Origin: Clostridia bacterium
Lineage (GTDB): Bacteria > Bacillota > Clostridia > UBA1212 > DUPL01
Assembly (NCBI GenBank): GCA_050951325.1
Contig: JBMNIW010000005.1
Location: 96,001-160,000, forward strand
Direction of reading: 5' to 3'
DNA: 64,000 nucleotides
Shown: piece by piece, positions 1 to 10,027 of the stretch
Position numbering within the stretch: the stretch's first letter is position 1
How the letters are laid out: each line of letters starts with the position of its first letter
Translations under genes and position numbers: made by a program
The notes under the pieces: model-generated
What the model was told of the DNA's origin: nothing
Databases searched by the model: none
The model's input: the letters and a program-made list of their open reading frames with translations, nothing else

Positions 1-1687
1 GAAATTCACTTTCGTCAATAACAAGGTACTTGCTGTGCAACTGAACTGTAACGGTGTATACAAAGTCTCCGCCTTCAGTATCATCAAGAACCATGGCAAT
101 CTGGTCCTTTAGGATGCTGTCATTAGCCCAGATGGCGCCGGGTCTTTTTTCGATATCAGGCATGGTTTCGTAGCATAAAAATCTTCTGAATCCCAGATTT
201 TTATACACTTCATGTCTGCTGAAAAATTCACCTTGATAGTTGTGAATTGCTGTAGGCGTATAACCCAGAGAGTTTAAATACCTTGCAAAGCTGTCCATGG
301 TGTTCTTGTCTATATGCTGAACATATGGACTGTAACCATAGGGTAGCAGGTTCATGTTCAGTCCTGTAATGAATTCAAATTCACTTTTAACCGTTTGTCC
401 TCCAAATACAGGAACGTCAATCGTGCCTGTGGTAAAGTTTTCTTCCAAGTAATGAAGGAATGGGATAGGGTCTCTTTCAAAACTTGCACCCGGAAAAAGA
501 TTTGGGTCTGCAAAAGATTCAAGCTGAATTACGATAATGTTCTTGATTTCGGGGTAATCTCCGCTTTTTGAATTGTGCTGTTTGTTTATGCTTTCTATCA
601 AATCGTCAATTATCTCATCACTGTATCCTTTTGGTTCAGTGATGGAGGATTTGAAAGAGTAGTTGATGAAACTGTAAACAAATCCATCATGAAAGAAAAT
701 GTCTTTTAAGAATCTTTCATGGGTTTTCATAGAACCAACACTACCAGCACCTATAATGGGTCCTGGAAGAAGTGCATACAAAAGAAGTATGATCACCAGG
801 TTTTTCATGTCAAAAGCAACTTTCTTTGCTTTTTTGCTGAATGCCCTTATTCCTATGACAAGACCAACGAGTATCACTACAATTAGCGCCAGATCTATCC
901 AGTCAAGTACCTTGAAAGCAGCGGCAACACCCTCGTTGATTTGGAATACGTCCAGTAAAAGAACAGGTTCGTTTACATTGGAATACTTCAGATAACTTAT
1001 ATATGATAGAATAACCCAGAATGCCGCATACATGGCAAAAGCAAAGTTTCTTTTTTTGCAAATAAAGACAAACATACCTATGCCCATTACTATTGCAACA
1101 TTGAGCATGAACATGTCCGGATTTGTAACTATTCTGGGGATTGCCCTTATTGGATTAAACTGGTGGACAAGCTCAATTGCCAGTGTTAGGAGCAAAAATG
1201 AAAATGTCCAAAAATGTATTCTTTTGAAAATGGCTTTGTATGGATCATGTTCCATGCCATTTCTTTTATTTCGATGATGAAAGTACAGCGCAAAGCCTGC
1301 GCATATGATAAATAAGGATATATATATTGCTGGGGAAACTTTTGCAAGAATTCCCGTCCATAATAGAAAAACCCCGCTCAACAGGGAGAAGTATACGTAT
1401 TTCTTGTCGGATATGAAACTTGTCAGTGTAAGTACAAACAAAAAGAATAACCTTGGAAACAAAAGTAATAGAGTTTTGGGGAAACTGGAACTTAACATAT
1501 TGTTTCCGTATTCTGTCATTAATAGTGAAACTATGGCAATAGCAAAATATGTAGCTATCCAAGGTAATAGCTTCTTGTAATATTTTTTTACAATATTATT
1601 TAATTCCTTGCAGGATTGCATAAACTGCAATCCAAAAGGTTGCTTTTCACTGTTTTCTTCTGTATTTTCTTTCTTAGTCTTTAACAT
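1..1687 (-). CDS. LTA synthase (LtaS/sulfatase-like) family membrane protein, 3' end outside window
   Basis: Translated by hand; absent from the ORF track because it has no stop in the window. ATG at 1687, multi-TM N-terminus, then NIIVIQLESFADP, VPVFGGQTVKSEFE, AIHNYQGEFFSR and TVQLH motifs. Confidence 0.85.
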   Translation of the reverse strand, partial: MLKTKKENTEENSEKQPFGLQFMQSCKELNNIVKKYYKKLLPWIATYFAIAIVSLLMTEYGNNMLSSSFPKTLLLLFPRLFFLFVLTLTSFISDKKYVYFSLLSGVFLLWTGILAKVSPAIYISLFIICAGFALYFHHRNKRNGMEHDPYKAIFKRIHFWTFSFLLLTLAIELVHQFNPIRAIPRIVTNPDMFMLNVAIVMGIGMFVFICKKRNFAFAMYAAFWVILSYISYLKYSNVNEPVLLLDVFQINEGVAAAFKVLDWIDLALIVVILVGLVIGIRAFSKKAKKVAFDMKNLVIILLLYALLPGPIIGAGSVGSMKTHERFLKDIFFHDGFVYSFINYSFKSSITEPKGYSDEIIDDLIESINKQHNSKSGDYPEIKNIIVIQLESFADPNLFPGASFERDPIPFLHYLEENFTTGTIDVPVFGGQTVKSEFEFITGLNMNLLPYGYSPYVQHIDKNTMDSFARYLNSLGYTPTAIHNYQGEFFSRHEVYKNLGFRRFLCYETMPDIEKRPGAIWANDSILKDQIAMVLDDTEGGDFVYTVTVQLHSKYLVIDESEF

Positions 1688-1826
1688 AATACCTTGAATG
1701 ACCTTTCCTGTTGTTTATATATTTTTTCAAACCTTAAATGATTTTAGCACAAAATGCGTCTTGTATCAATTTTTTCTTTCTCATGGTATAATGTAGGCAA
1801 AAGTCAATCATTGGAGGTAATTTATC

Positions 1827-3512
1827 ATGATTCTTGCAATAAACGGAAAAACCGAGTATAGAATAGAAGGAGAATATGAATTTGCAATAAAGGAATTCTG
1901 TGACCTGTTTAATAAGCTCACTGGTGCTGTTTTGGAAAGAGCTCAGGAGGATAGCGATAAATTGATTAAACTGGGCGGAGTGAAGCCCAAGGACAAGGGT
2001 GAGGATGCATATGTGATAAGAACGGAAGGTGACAATCTGATTCTGTCAGGCAATACAAATAGAGGTATTCTGTATGCGATATACACCTTTTTCGAAAGGT
2101 ACGCAGGTTGCAGATGGTTTACATCCGATTGTGAGTATGTGCCAAGGAAAGATGAATTTACAATACCTGAAATCAATATTGATGAAAGTCCATTCTTCTG
2201 GTACAGGGAAACCTTCTACAAGGATGCCTTCGAACCATCCTTTGCGCTTCGAAACAAGTTGAATGGACACCACATGCAGTTGGAAAGGGAACATGGAGGA
2301 AAGTTCGAATACGGGCTTGGTTTTGTGCATACTTTTCATACCATCATTCCACAAGAGGAATATTTCAAGACCCATCCAGAATATTTCCCTATGATTGATG
2401 GAGAAAGAACCACAGGACCCCATCACCAGATTTGTCTTTCCAATCCTGATGTATTAAAGATTACAATAGAGAAGGTTAAGAAGGCTTTTGATGAAAATCC
2501 AAATGTGAAGATTGTATCAGTTTCGCAGAATGATACCTTTGAGGAAGGAAACCAGTGCCGATGCGACCAGTGCAGTGCAATAGAGGAGGAAGAAGGCTCT
2601 CCTGCGGGTAATGTTATCCGTTTTGTAAACAGTGTGGCTGATGCAATAAAGGACGAATACCCTGACAAATACATCGATACATTAGCCTACAGGTATACAA
2701 GAAAAGCGCCTCTGAAAACAAAACCGCGTGATAATGTTATAGTAAGGCTGTGTACAATAGAGTGCTGTTTCAGCCATCCCATTACTACATGCGATCAGGT
2801 TAACGATAAGGGTGTGCACAGAAATGGCTCCTTTATTGAAGATATTGTAGCTTGGAGCAAAATAGCCAACAATATCTTTATCTGGGACTATATTGTCAAC
2901 TTCCTAAACTATCTTACTCCTTATCCGAATCTGTATGCCCTTCAGAAGAACATGCAGTTCTTTGCTGAGCACAATGTCAAAGGAGTGTTTTCACAAGGTT
3001 GTGGAGAGATTAAATTCAGTGAGTATGCTCATCTGCGTGCATATGTAATTGCAAAACTTTTGGAAGATCCGTATTGCGATGTTAACTTGATAATTGATGA
3101 GTTCATGTATGGATATTACCAAAACGCAGCAGCTCCTTTGAGAAAGTATATAGATGTATTGAACAAGAAGGCTGAAGAGGAAAACTTTCATTTTGGATTA
3201 TACGACGATCCGAACAGGGATTTTCTTACCAAGGAATTTGTAGATTATGCGGACAGCCTTTTTGATATGGCTGAAAGAATGGCGGATGATGAGACAATAC
3301 TCTACAGGGTAAGAAGAACCCGCATGTCATTAAGATATGCAAAACTGTTCCTAATGGATGGCAGTCTTGAAGAAAGAAGAAGGGAACTTGAGAAGTTCTT
3401 TGAGGATTTGAGATATTTCAAAATAGAATCCCTTCTGGAAAGAGGAAATTTGGATTCCAGTTATGAGAGAATGAGGCAAATTGTGACACCTGAGGATGTG
3501 GAGAGGAAATAG
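1827..3512 (+). CDS. DUF4838 domain-containing protein with GH67/GH20-like N-terminal domain
   Basis: RGILYAIYTFFE..GCRWF, FVHTF, QICLSNP, SQND..CRCDQC, DTLAY and IWDY motifs; GGAGG RBS. Confidence 0.75.
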   Translation: MILAINGKTEYRIEGEYEFAIKEFCDLFNKLTGAVLERAQEDSDKLIKLGGVKPKDKGEDAYVIRTEGDNLILSGNTNRGILYAIYTFFERYAGCRWFTSDCEYVPRKDEFTIPEINIDESPFFWYRETFYKDAFEPSFALRNKLNGHHMQLEREHGGKFEYGLGFVHTFHTIIPQEEYFKTHPEYFPMIDGERTTGPHHQICLSNPDVLKITIEKVKKAFDENPNVKIVSVSQNDTFEEGNQCRCDQCSAIEEEEGSPAGNVIRFVNSVADAIKDEYPDKYIDTLAYRYTRKAPLKTKPRDNVIVRLCTIECCFSHPITTCDQVNDKGVHRNGSFIEDIVAWSKIANNIFIWDYIVNFLNYLTPYPNLYALQKNMQFFAEHNVKGVFSQGCGEIKFSEYAHLRAYVIAKLLEDPYCDVNLIIDEFMYGYYQNAAAPLRKYIDVLNKKAEEENFHFGLYDDPNRDFLTKEFVDYADSLFDMAERMADDETILYRVRRTRMSLRYAKLFLMDGSLEERRRELEKFFEDLRYFKIESLLERGNLDSSYERMRQIVTPEDVERK

Positions 3513-3514
3513 GA

Positions 3515-4729
3515 ATGAAAGCGTATGAAAGATTTTTAGAGTATGTGAAGATAAATACCCAGGCGGACCCCAAAAGCGGAAGTGTGCCCAGTACAGAAGG
3601 ACAGACGGTTCTTGCGAAAATGTTGGTGGAAGAGCTCAAATCTCTGGGTGTTGAAAACGCATATCTTGATGATTCGGGTGTAGTGTATGGGAAGATAAAG
3701 GGGAATGCGAACAAGGCGTGCAAAACTGTAGGTTTCATAGCTCATCTTGACACGTCCCCGGATATGTCCGGAGAAAATGTCAGATCAAGGATTGTCAAGA
3801 ATTACGATGGCGGTAGAATAGAATTAAGTGACCATGCACACATGGATCCGTCTACATTTCCGAACTTGGAGAACAAGGTTGGACATGATTTGATAGTAAC
3901 GGATGGAACGACACTGCTTGGTGCCGACAACAAGGCAGGCATTGCGATTATAATGAGTTTTGTTGAGAGAATCATGAAGGGGGATATTCTGCATGGTGAT
4001 ATTTCCATTGCTTTTACCCCCGATGAGGAAATTGGAAGAGGTGCGGACAACTTTGACGTTGAAGCTTTTGGTGCAGATATTGCGTATACTGTAGATGGTG
4101 GGGACATAAGCGTGTTTGAATACGAAAACTTCAATGCAGCCAGTGCAAATGTGGTTGTAAATGGAAGCAGTATTCACCCGGGTTATGCAAAGGGTAAAAT
4201 GAAGAATGCCATTTTGCTTGCAATGGAGTTTCAAAGTCTTCTGCCTGCGTTCATGAACCCAGCATATACGGAAAAATATGAAGGTTTTTATCATATTACC
4301 GACATTAATGGTATGTGTGAAAAAGCTGAAATGGAGTATATTATCAGAAATCATGATGACAAGTTGTTTAACGAACAAAAAGAGTTTTTCATGAAAGCCG
4401 CTGAGTTCATGAATGCCAAATATGGAGAGAATACCTTCGAAGTTTCAGTAAAGGATTCATATTACAACATGCGCAAGATGATAGAAAAGGACATGACAGT
4501 TGTAGATATTGCATTGGAAGCTATGAGGGAAATAGGAATAACCCCACAAATTGAACCAATTCGTGGGGGAACTGACGGTGCAAGGTTGACGTATATGGGG
4601 CTTCCGTGTCCCAATATCGGTACAGGGGGCTACAATTTCCACGGCAAATATGAGTATTTGTCCATAAACGAGATGGACAAGTCCGTAGAATTGATTACCA
4701 GAATAACTGGCAAACTTATCTCAAATTAA
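3515..4729 (+). CDS. pepT: Peptidase T (tripeptide aminopeptidase)
   Basis: GFIAHLDTS, TLLGADNKAG, FTPDEEIGRG, PIRGGTDG, NFHGKYE. Confidence 0.95.
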   Translation: MKAYERFLEYVKINTQADPKSGSVPSTEGQTVLAKMLVEELKSLGVENAYLDDSGVVYGKIKGNANKACKTVGFIAHLDTSPDMSGENVRSRIVKNYDGGRIELSDHAHMDPSTFPNLENKVGHDLIVTDGTTLLGADNKAGIAIIMSFVERIMKGDILHGDISIAFTPDEEIGRGADNFDVEAFGADIAYTVDGGDISVFEYENFNAASANVVVNGSSIHPGYAKGKMKNAILLAMEFQSLLPAFMNPAYTEKYEGFYHITDINGMCEKAEMEYIIRNHDDKLFNEQKEFFMKAAEFMNAKYGENTFEVSVKDSYYNMRKMIEKDMTVVDIALEAMREIGITPQIEPIRGGTDGARLTYMGLPCPNIGTGGYNFHGKYEYLSINEMDKSVELITRITGKLISN

Positions 4730-5297
4730 TTACTCCAAAGAATTCGGGCCTGTGAAAATCAGGCTCTTCTGTTTCTATATTGTTCCACACTCCAAAGTGG
4801 GGATGTTTTGTCAAATCTCCGCATTTATAAAAGTTTGCTTTTATATATTCCGTCTTGTTTTCATCAAAGGTTGGAAAGTACTGCTTTATAAACTCATACG
4901 GTACAGTATAGCTTATCTCCCAATACTCATCAGTTATTCGTGACTTCATGTTGAAATATTCATTGTCGGGAGCTTCAATGGGGCCTGTTCCGCTTCTGTC
5001 TCCTGTTTTGCTGAATCCAATGTACATGACTCCTTTTGGATTAATCTCAAAGTTCATGTATGTTTTTGATTTTTCAGGTTCTGCATTGAAGAAGAATTCC
5101 ATGCATGAATCAGTATGAACATTCGAATTCCTTTCAGTCTTCTCCATCCTAATATTCTTCTCATACGATTTCATGGTAATTTCAAAACCATTTGATCCTT
5201 TTTGAATTTTGGCTTGTGTTTTCGGCCTGTAGTCGCAACCCCATGGATATATGTCTATGTCCAGCCATGCATTTTTTGAGATATTATATTCCTTCAT
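4716..5297 (-). CDS. Carbohydrate-binding family 9-like protein
   Basis: DSCMEFF, YMNFEINPKG, ANFYKCGD and PDFHRPEFFG motifs. Confidence 0.8.
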   Translation of the reverse strand: MKEYNISKNAWLDIDIYPWGCDYRPKTQAKIQKGSNGFEITMKSYEKNIRMEKTERNSNVHTDSCMEFFFNAEPEKSKTYMNFEINPKGVMYIGFSKTGDRSGTGPIEAPDNEYFNMKSRITDEYWEISYTVPYEFIKQYFPTFDENKTEYIKANFYKCGDLTKHPHFGVWNNIETEEPDFHRPEFFGVINLR

Positions 5298-5432
5298 GCC
5301 ATCACCTTCAATTTATGTTTTGAGTAATTATATCATGGAAAGAAAAAAACAACACTGTTTTATTGCCCAGGTTATGAAAATCAGCAAATATATTAGTATA
5401 ATTGGGATGTAAAGTTAACAGGAGGTGAAAAG

Positions 5433-5720
5433 ATGGCGGAAATCAGGTATAAGATTATTAAAAGGCTGGGAGTAATCAATAGCTCAAATAACGGATGGGC
5501 AAAAGAAGTTAATATTGTCAGCTGGAATGATGGTGCTGCCAAGCTTGACATACGCGACTGGGAGCAATCATCAAATAAAATGAGGAAGGGCATAACATTA
5601 TTTAGGGACGAGGCTGAAAAACTCAGAGAGATATTGAACAGTATGGACATGGATGATTTGGAGCAAAGATATTCAAAAGATGAGTTTGCGCTGCTGGATG
5701 AATATGTTGATGTAAGATAA
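5433..5720 (+). CDS. YdbC/PC4-like ssDNA-binding protein
   Basis: GWAKEVNIVSWNDG.AKLDIRDW...KMRKGITL; GGAGGTG RBS. Confidence 0.85.
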   Translation: MAEIRYKIIKRLGVINSSNNGWAKEVNIVSWNDGAAKLDIRDWEQSSNKMRKGITLFRDEAEKLREILNSMDMDDLEQRYSKDEFALLDEYVDVR

Positions 5721-5750
5721 GTTTGACGGTTTAACCGTCAAATTTTTTTG
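5721..5750 (+). terminator. Intrinsic terminator
   Basis: TTTGACGGT-TTA-ACCGTCAAA hairpin followed by a T-run. Confidence 0.65.
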
Positions 5751-5858
5751 GCATTTATCTCTTTCTTTTGGTGATAATATGATAGATGTTTTTGTCACAT
5801 AAAAAACAAAGAATTGTAAATATAATGTCAAAAATATCAGGTAACATATACTCAAGAG

Positions 5859-7088
5859 GTGATGCCAATGTATGAATATTACAATAATGATTATAGAAGC
5901 AGGAAAAAGAGTATAACATTGAGTGTTAAATCAATGATTGCTGTTTGCATATTATGTGGATTCATAGGTGGAGGCATGTCCTTAGTCGGGTTTAATGTGT
6001 TTAACAAAGATGTTGACAGCGGAAATGCTTTTTTGGGTGCGACGGAGACACATGACAAAAGTCAGTCGCAGAACACAAAGAACATTACGAATATTTCTGT
6101 TGAGAGTGTAACATCCTATGCCAATGCAGTTGCAAAGAAGGTTTTGCCTTCGATTGTCGGTATTAATGTAACAACCAAGGTAGTAAACAAGGGATGGTTT
6201 GGAGATACCGTTACTGAAAAAGTGGGCGAAGGCAGCGGTATCATATACAAGGAAGATGGGTATATAATTACAAACTATCATGTGGTACAGGACTCCATTA
6301 CAACAGCCGGAGAAATGAATCCTGACTCCCAGATAAAGGTGCATCTGTATGAAGACCCTGAAACAGGAATTGATGCTAGAGTCATTGGGTATGATATTGC
6401 ATCGGATCTGGCGGTTATAAAAATCGAAAAGGACAATCTGACTGCTATAGAAATTGGAGATTCTGATAAAGTTGAGGTAGGAGACATAGTTCTTGCCTTG
6501 GGAAATCCCGGTGGCCTTAAATTTCTTGGTTCCGTGAGTCAGGGGATAATTAGCGGTCTTAACAGAAGCGTAGAAGTTGATGGTGTTTACAAAGACCTTA
6601 CTCTGATACAAACGGACGCTGCAATAAATCCAGGCAATTCCGGTGGAGCTCTTGTGGATGTTGAAGGAAGGTTGATTGGTGTAAACAGTGTAAAACTTGC
6701 CGCAACAGGATATGAAGGAATGGGGTTTGCCATACCTGTGAATGATGTTGTCAGGATAATCGAGAGCTTGATTGAAAACGGAAATGCAGTTTACACATAC
6801 CTTGGAATTACTGAGGATACAAGGTATACTGCAGAGCTTCTTGAGACGAACGGTTATCCTGGAGGGGTTGTCGTAGGTAGCGTGGCTAATGGAAGTCCTG
6901 CTGAAAAGGCGGGCATAAAGACTTACGACATAATTGTTGAATTCAATGGTATCAAGGTAAGGACCATGCAGGAGCTTCAGAATATAAAAAGCAGTTTGAG
7001 AAAAGGCGATGTGGTGAATATTAAGGTGTTCAGACAAACATCGTTGTTCAGAGGAGACTATATCACTTTCGATGTGACTCTTGCATAG
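5859..7088 (+). CDS. htrA: HtrA/DegP-type serine protease with PDZ domain
   Basis: N-terminal TM, IITNYHVV, DLAVIKI, IQTDAAINPGNSGGAL, C-terminal PDZ. Confidence 0.9.
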   Translation: MMPMYEYYNNDYRSRKKSITLSVKSMIAVCILCGFIGGGMSLVGFNVFNKDVDSGNAFLGATETHDKSQSQNTKNITNISVESVTSYANAVAKKVLPSIVGINVTTKVVNKGWFGDTVTEKVGEGSGIIYKEDGYIITNYHVVQDSITTAGEMNPDSQIKVHLYEDPETGIDARVIGYDIASDLAVIKIEKDNLTAIEIGDSDKVEVGDIVLALGNPGGLKFLGSVSQGIISGLNRSVEVDGVYKDLTLIQTDAAINPGNSGGALVDVEGRLIGVNSVKLAATGYEGMGFAIPVNDVVRIIESLIENGNAVYTYLGITEDTRYTAELLETNGYPGGVVVGSVANGSPAEKAGIKTYDIIVEFNGIKVRTMQELQNIKSSLRKGDVVNIKVFRQTSLFRGDYITFDVTLA

Positions 7089-7139
7089 GACTTTTGCCTC
7101 CTGTATAATGAACTTAAGTACAACATTTGGAGGTAAAAG

Positions 7140-7832
7140 ATGCAAATAACGTTTGTTCAAGAGATAAAGGATTTAATGGTGCTGGATAAAGAAAGAATAG
7201 CACTGGAATCACATATTGATATTGATGATGAGGAGAACTTTGAAGAACTTTGCAAACTTGTTGATGAAGCTTATGAAGTGGCAGTGCCAAAAGTATGCAT
7301 TACAAAGATGAAGGTGAGGATGGGAGAAAAGGATGACGAGGTGTATTTGAATGACATATTGTTCAAATCAAGGATTCTGGCCGCCAACATTAACGAAAGT
7401 GTGGATACATACGGAATTGTCTGTACTTGTGGAGTTGAAATAGAGAAATGGGCACAGAAATACAGAAATGACCCTCTTCTTGCGTATTTTGCCGATGCTA
7501 TTATGGTGGAGGTGCTTGGAAACAGTGTTGTTTATGCAATGAAATATCTAAGCTCGTTGAGCGATATGAGCATATCACATGCAAGTCCGGGCTCAACAAG
7601 GGATTTTCCTCTTTCAAACCAGGTGAAACTGTTTGAGGCAATTGGCAATGTTACAGAAAAAACCGGAGTGTATCTGACTCCGGAATATCTGATGAAGCCT
7701 CTGAAAAGCGTTTCGGGCGTATACTTTGCAAACGATTCGGATTATTCCGATTGCAAGCTGTGCACAAGGATGGATTGCCCAAGAAGAAGAGAGCCTTATG
7801 ACGACAGCATGTTCAGTAAGTTTTATTCATGA
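7140..7832 (+). CDS. Stand-alone B12-dependent methionine synthase activation-domain-like protein
   Basis: VCTCG, SPGS..DFPL..Q, LM.PLKSVSGVYF, C-terminal CKLC.RMDCP.RR. Confidence 0.75.
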   Translation: MQITFVQEIKDLMVLDKERIALESHIDIDDEENFEELCKLVDEAYEVAVPKVCITKMKVRMGEKDDEVYLNDILFKSRILAANINESVDTYGIVCTCGVEIEKWAQKYRNDPLLAYFADAIMVEVLGNSVVYAMKYLSSLSDMSISHASPGSTRDFPLSNQVKLFEAIGNVTEKTGVYLTPEYLMKPLKSVSGVYFANDSDYSDCKLCTRMDCPRRREPYDDSMFSKFYS

Positions 7833-8515
7833 AAAACAAGGTTTAGTACAAGATATATCACGGGTTGGTGTATGAGATATATCCATATGGAGTGTCTTCC
7901 GCAGAATTTAAGAAATCTTATAATCAAGTTGTTTTTTGGGAAGTTTGGGAGCAGGCTCTTTTTGTCACTGTACAAAAGCCTTCCCAGAACAACTCCAATC
8001 ATGAAATATCCCAGATGGGGAAACAATGGAAAATAGTCTCCCGAATTGAACTTTTCAGTTGTCAGTCCGAACATGAACAAGTATGGGTTATTGACATACT
8101 TGTTTTCAAATACATAACCGAGAATTACGATAGGAACTGCCAAAAGGGTTATTACCCATGAAGGCAGTTTTTTATATGTCGGATATAGTAGCATGCATAT
8201 GCCCAAAAGGTGGAGTATGCCAAATACTATAGTTATTTCAGGGAACAAGAAATACGTTACTAGTGTTATTAACAGTCCGCAGCCCAGAACAAACAGGCCT
8301 CTTTTTATGCATCTTGAACCCAATGTTATGCTTATCCCGGAAATCAGAATGAACAGAACTCCGCCGTTTATCTGAATGAAATAATATATGTTTGGCAGTT
8401 TCAAATCGATCTTGTATATATACTCCAAATCGAATATTAGATGAATTATTACAACAAATATAATGAACAGTCCACGTAGTGCGTCAATTTCCCATATGCG
8501 TTCCTTTTTTGCCAT
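7823..8515 (-). CDS. DUF1624 / heparan-alpha-glucosaminide N-acetyltransferase-like membrane protein
   Basis: RIWEIDALRG, FGILHLLG, DYFPLFP, GRHSIWIYLIHQP. Confidence 0.85.
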   Translation of the reverse strand: MAKKERIWEIDALRGLFIIFVVIIHLIFDLEYIYKIDLKLPNIYYFIQINGGVLFILISGISITLGSRCIKRGLFVLGCGLLITLVTYFLFPEITIVFGILHLLGICMLLYPTYKKLPSWVITLLAVPIVILGYVFENKYVNNPYLFMFGLTTEKFNSGDYFPLFPHLGYFMIGVVLGRLLYSDKKSLLPNFPKNNLIIRFLKFCGRHSIWIYLIHQPVIYLVLNLVFHE

Positions 8516-8561
8516 CTTAATGCATACACCTCGATTATTGATTATATCTAGTTATTATATA

Positions 8562-9686
8562 CTACTTTAGCGGGTATAGCCATAGGTTCAGTATTTCTTT
8601 TATATAATCCAGGAAGTTTTTCTTTTTGCAGGTGCTTTCCGCGTACAAATAGCAGCTGTATAAAACATCATCCTCGCATTTTATAACCAGCTCGCCAAGA
8701 ATATCATCCTTATGAACTGTTTTTTTTGTAGATTTTTCATAATTGACTTCATAGTTAAGTTTATCATACTCTTCTTCAGTAAGAGGTAGGCAAACATCCT
8801 CTTTTAAAACTAGGTTGACATATGATTTTTTTCCTTTTTCTACTCTTGTTTTTCCCAAACTGCTGTTTTCTTTATACAGAGTATATATCTGATAATTGTC
8901 ATATGCAAACTCAGTCATTTTCAAGGCGTCTGTTGTTCTCTGGTTTGTAGTATTGCAGCCCAGAATGACACCGATAATACGCATTCCGTTTCTTTCTGCA
9001 GTAATTACTATGCAGCGCCCTGCTTTGGACGTATAGCCTGTTTTTACTCCATCAATGCCATTGTTGGCGTAAAGCAAATTGTTTGTGTTGGACATGGTAT
9101 GCCCGTCTATGGTTATTGTTTTTGTCGCAATTATTTTTCTGAACAGATCGTTTTTCATGGCTTCCTTGGTAATAAGGGCAAGGTCTGCTGCTGTTGTGTA
9201 ATGGTTGTGATGGTCAAGGCCGTGAGGAGATACAAAACTTGTGTTGTATGCTCCTAATTCTCTTGCTTTTTGGTTCATCAATTCGCAGAACTCTTCAACA
9301 CTACCTGCTATGTGTTCGGCAAGGGCAATTGCAGCATCATTTCCTGATCTAAGCATAAGTCCGTACATAAGGGCAAGTACGCTTATCTGTTCTCCTAATT
9401 CAAGGTTCATTGTAGAACCTCCTATCCGGGCTGCTCTCTTGCTTACTGTGGCGATGTCGTCAAGATTAGCCTTTTCAAGAACCAACAGCGCCGTCATTAT
9501 TTTGGTTGTCGATGCCATAGGTATTCTGACATGCGCCTGCTTTTCATACAGAACCCTGCCGGAGTCAATTTCAATAAGAATTGCGTTTCGGGCATAAAAG
9601 GATGGTGTTTGTCTTGCGTTGGCAGCTGGAATGGGAAAGAAAGTAATTGCAATTAGGAATATTGCTAGTCTTATTCTGTTTTTCAT
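8562..9686 (-). CDS. D-alanyl-D-alanine carboxypeptidase (DacB-like, peptidase S11)
   Basis: Signal peptide; intact ASTTK, SGN and KTG motifs. Confidence 0.9.
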   Translation of the reverse strand: MKNRIRLAIFLIAITFFPIPAANARQTPSFYARNAILIEIDSGRVLYEKQAHVRIPMASTTKIMTALLVLEKANLDDIATVSKRAARIGGSTMNLELGEQISVLALMYGLMLRSGNDAAIALAEHIAGSVEEFCELMNQKARELGAYNTSFVSPHGLDHHNHYTTAADLALITKEAMKNDLFRKIIATKTITIDGHTMSNTNNLLYANNGIDGVKTGYTSKAGRCIVITAERNGMRIIGVILGCNTTNQRTTDALKMTEFAYDNYQIYTLYKENSSLGKTRVEKGKKSYVNLVLKEDVCLPLTEEEYDKLNYEVNYEKSTKKTVHKDDILGELVIKCEDDVLYSCYLYAESTCKKKNFLDYIKEILNLWLYPLK

Positions 9687-9837
9687 TTACAAACCTCCAT
9701 TTGCTTGTCTTTTAATATATATGGCAATGATTCAAAAATATTTCAGTAATTTTCTTCGGAAAAGTCGAAATTCGTCGACTGGAATTAATGGATATAAAAA
9801 ATGCTTCTATTTAGAATTTGCAAAGGAGGCTGATTTT

Positions 9838-10020
9838 ATGACAGTTGAATATTCCATTTCAGTATGTGTGGTTTTGTTTATTGCTGCGTTTTGCGTTTGT
9901 TTTATGCTTCGATTTCATAATTTTGCTATTAGAAGTGCAAATGAAATTGAGAAGGGTCCGACAAAAGCAGTCAGGGTGATTCGTGCAACTGATGCAGTGA
10001 TGGATGCAGTGGAAGAGTAG
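9838..10020 (+). CDS. Small TadE/pilin-like membrane protein (60 aa)
   Basis: AAGGAGG RBS before ATG 9838; MTVEYSI followed by a hydrophobic helix; directly upstream of Tad-like genes. Confidence 0.6.
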   Translation: MTVEYSISVCVVLFIAAFCVCFMLRFHNFAIRSANEIEKGPTKAVRVIRATDAVMDAVEE

Positions 10021-10027
10021 GGATACT

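Noticed and set aside
699-1580. Short ORFs listed in the track
   Set aside because: They overlap the real minus-strand LTA synthase frame (1687 to the window edge), which the track missed.
5982-7160. 392-aa ORF antisense to htrA
   Set aside because: Shadow frame of a well-supported gene; no recognisable motifs and atypical composition.
9619-9837. N-terminal extension of ORF 9619..10020
   Set aside because: Overlaps the divergent dacB start and promoter region; the strong RBS supports ATG 9838.
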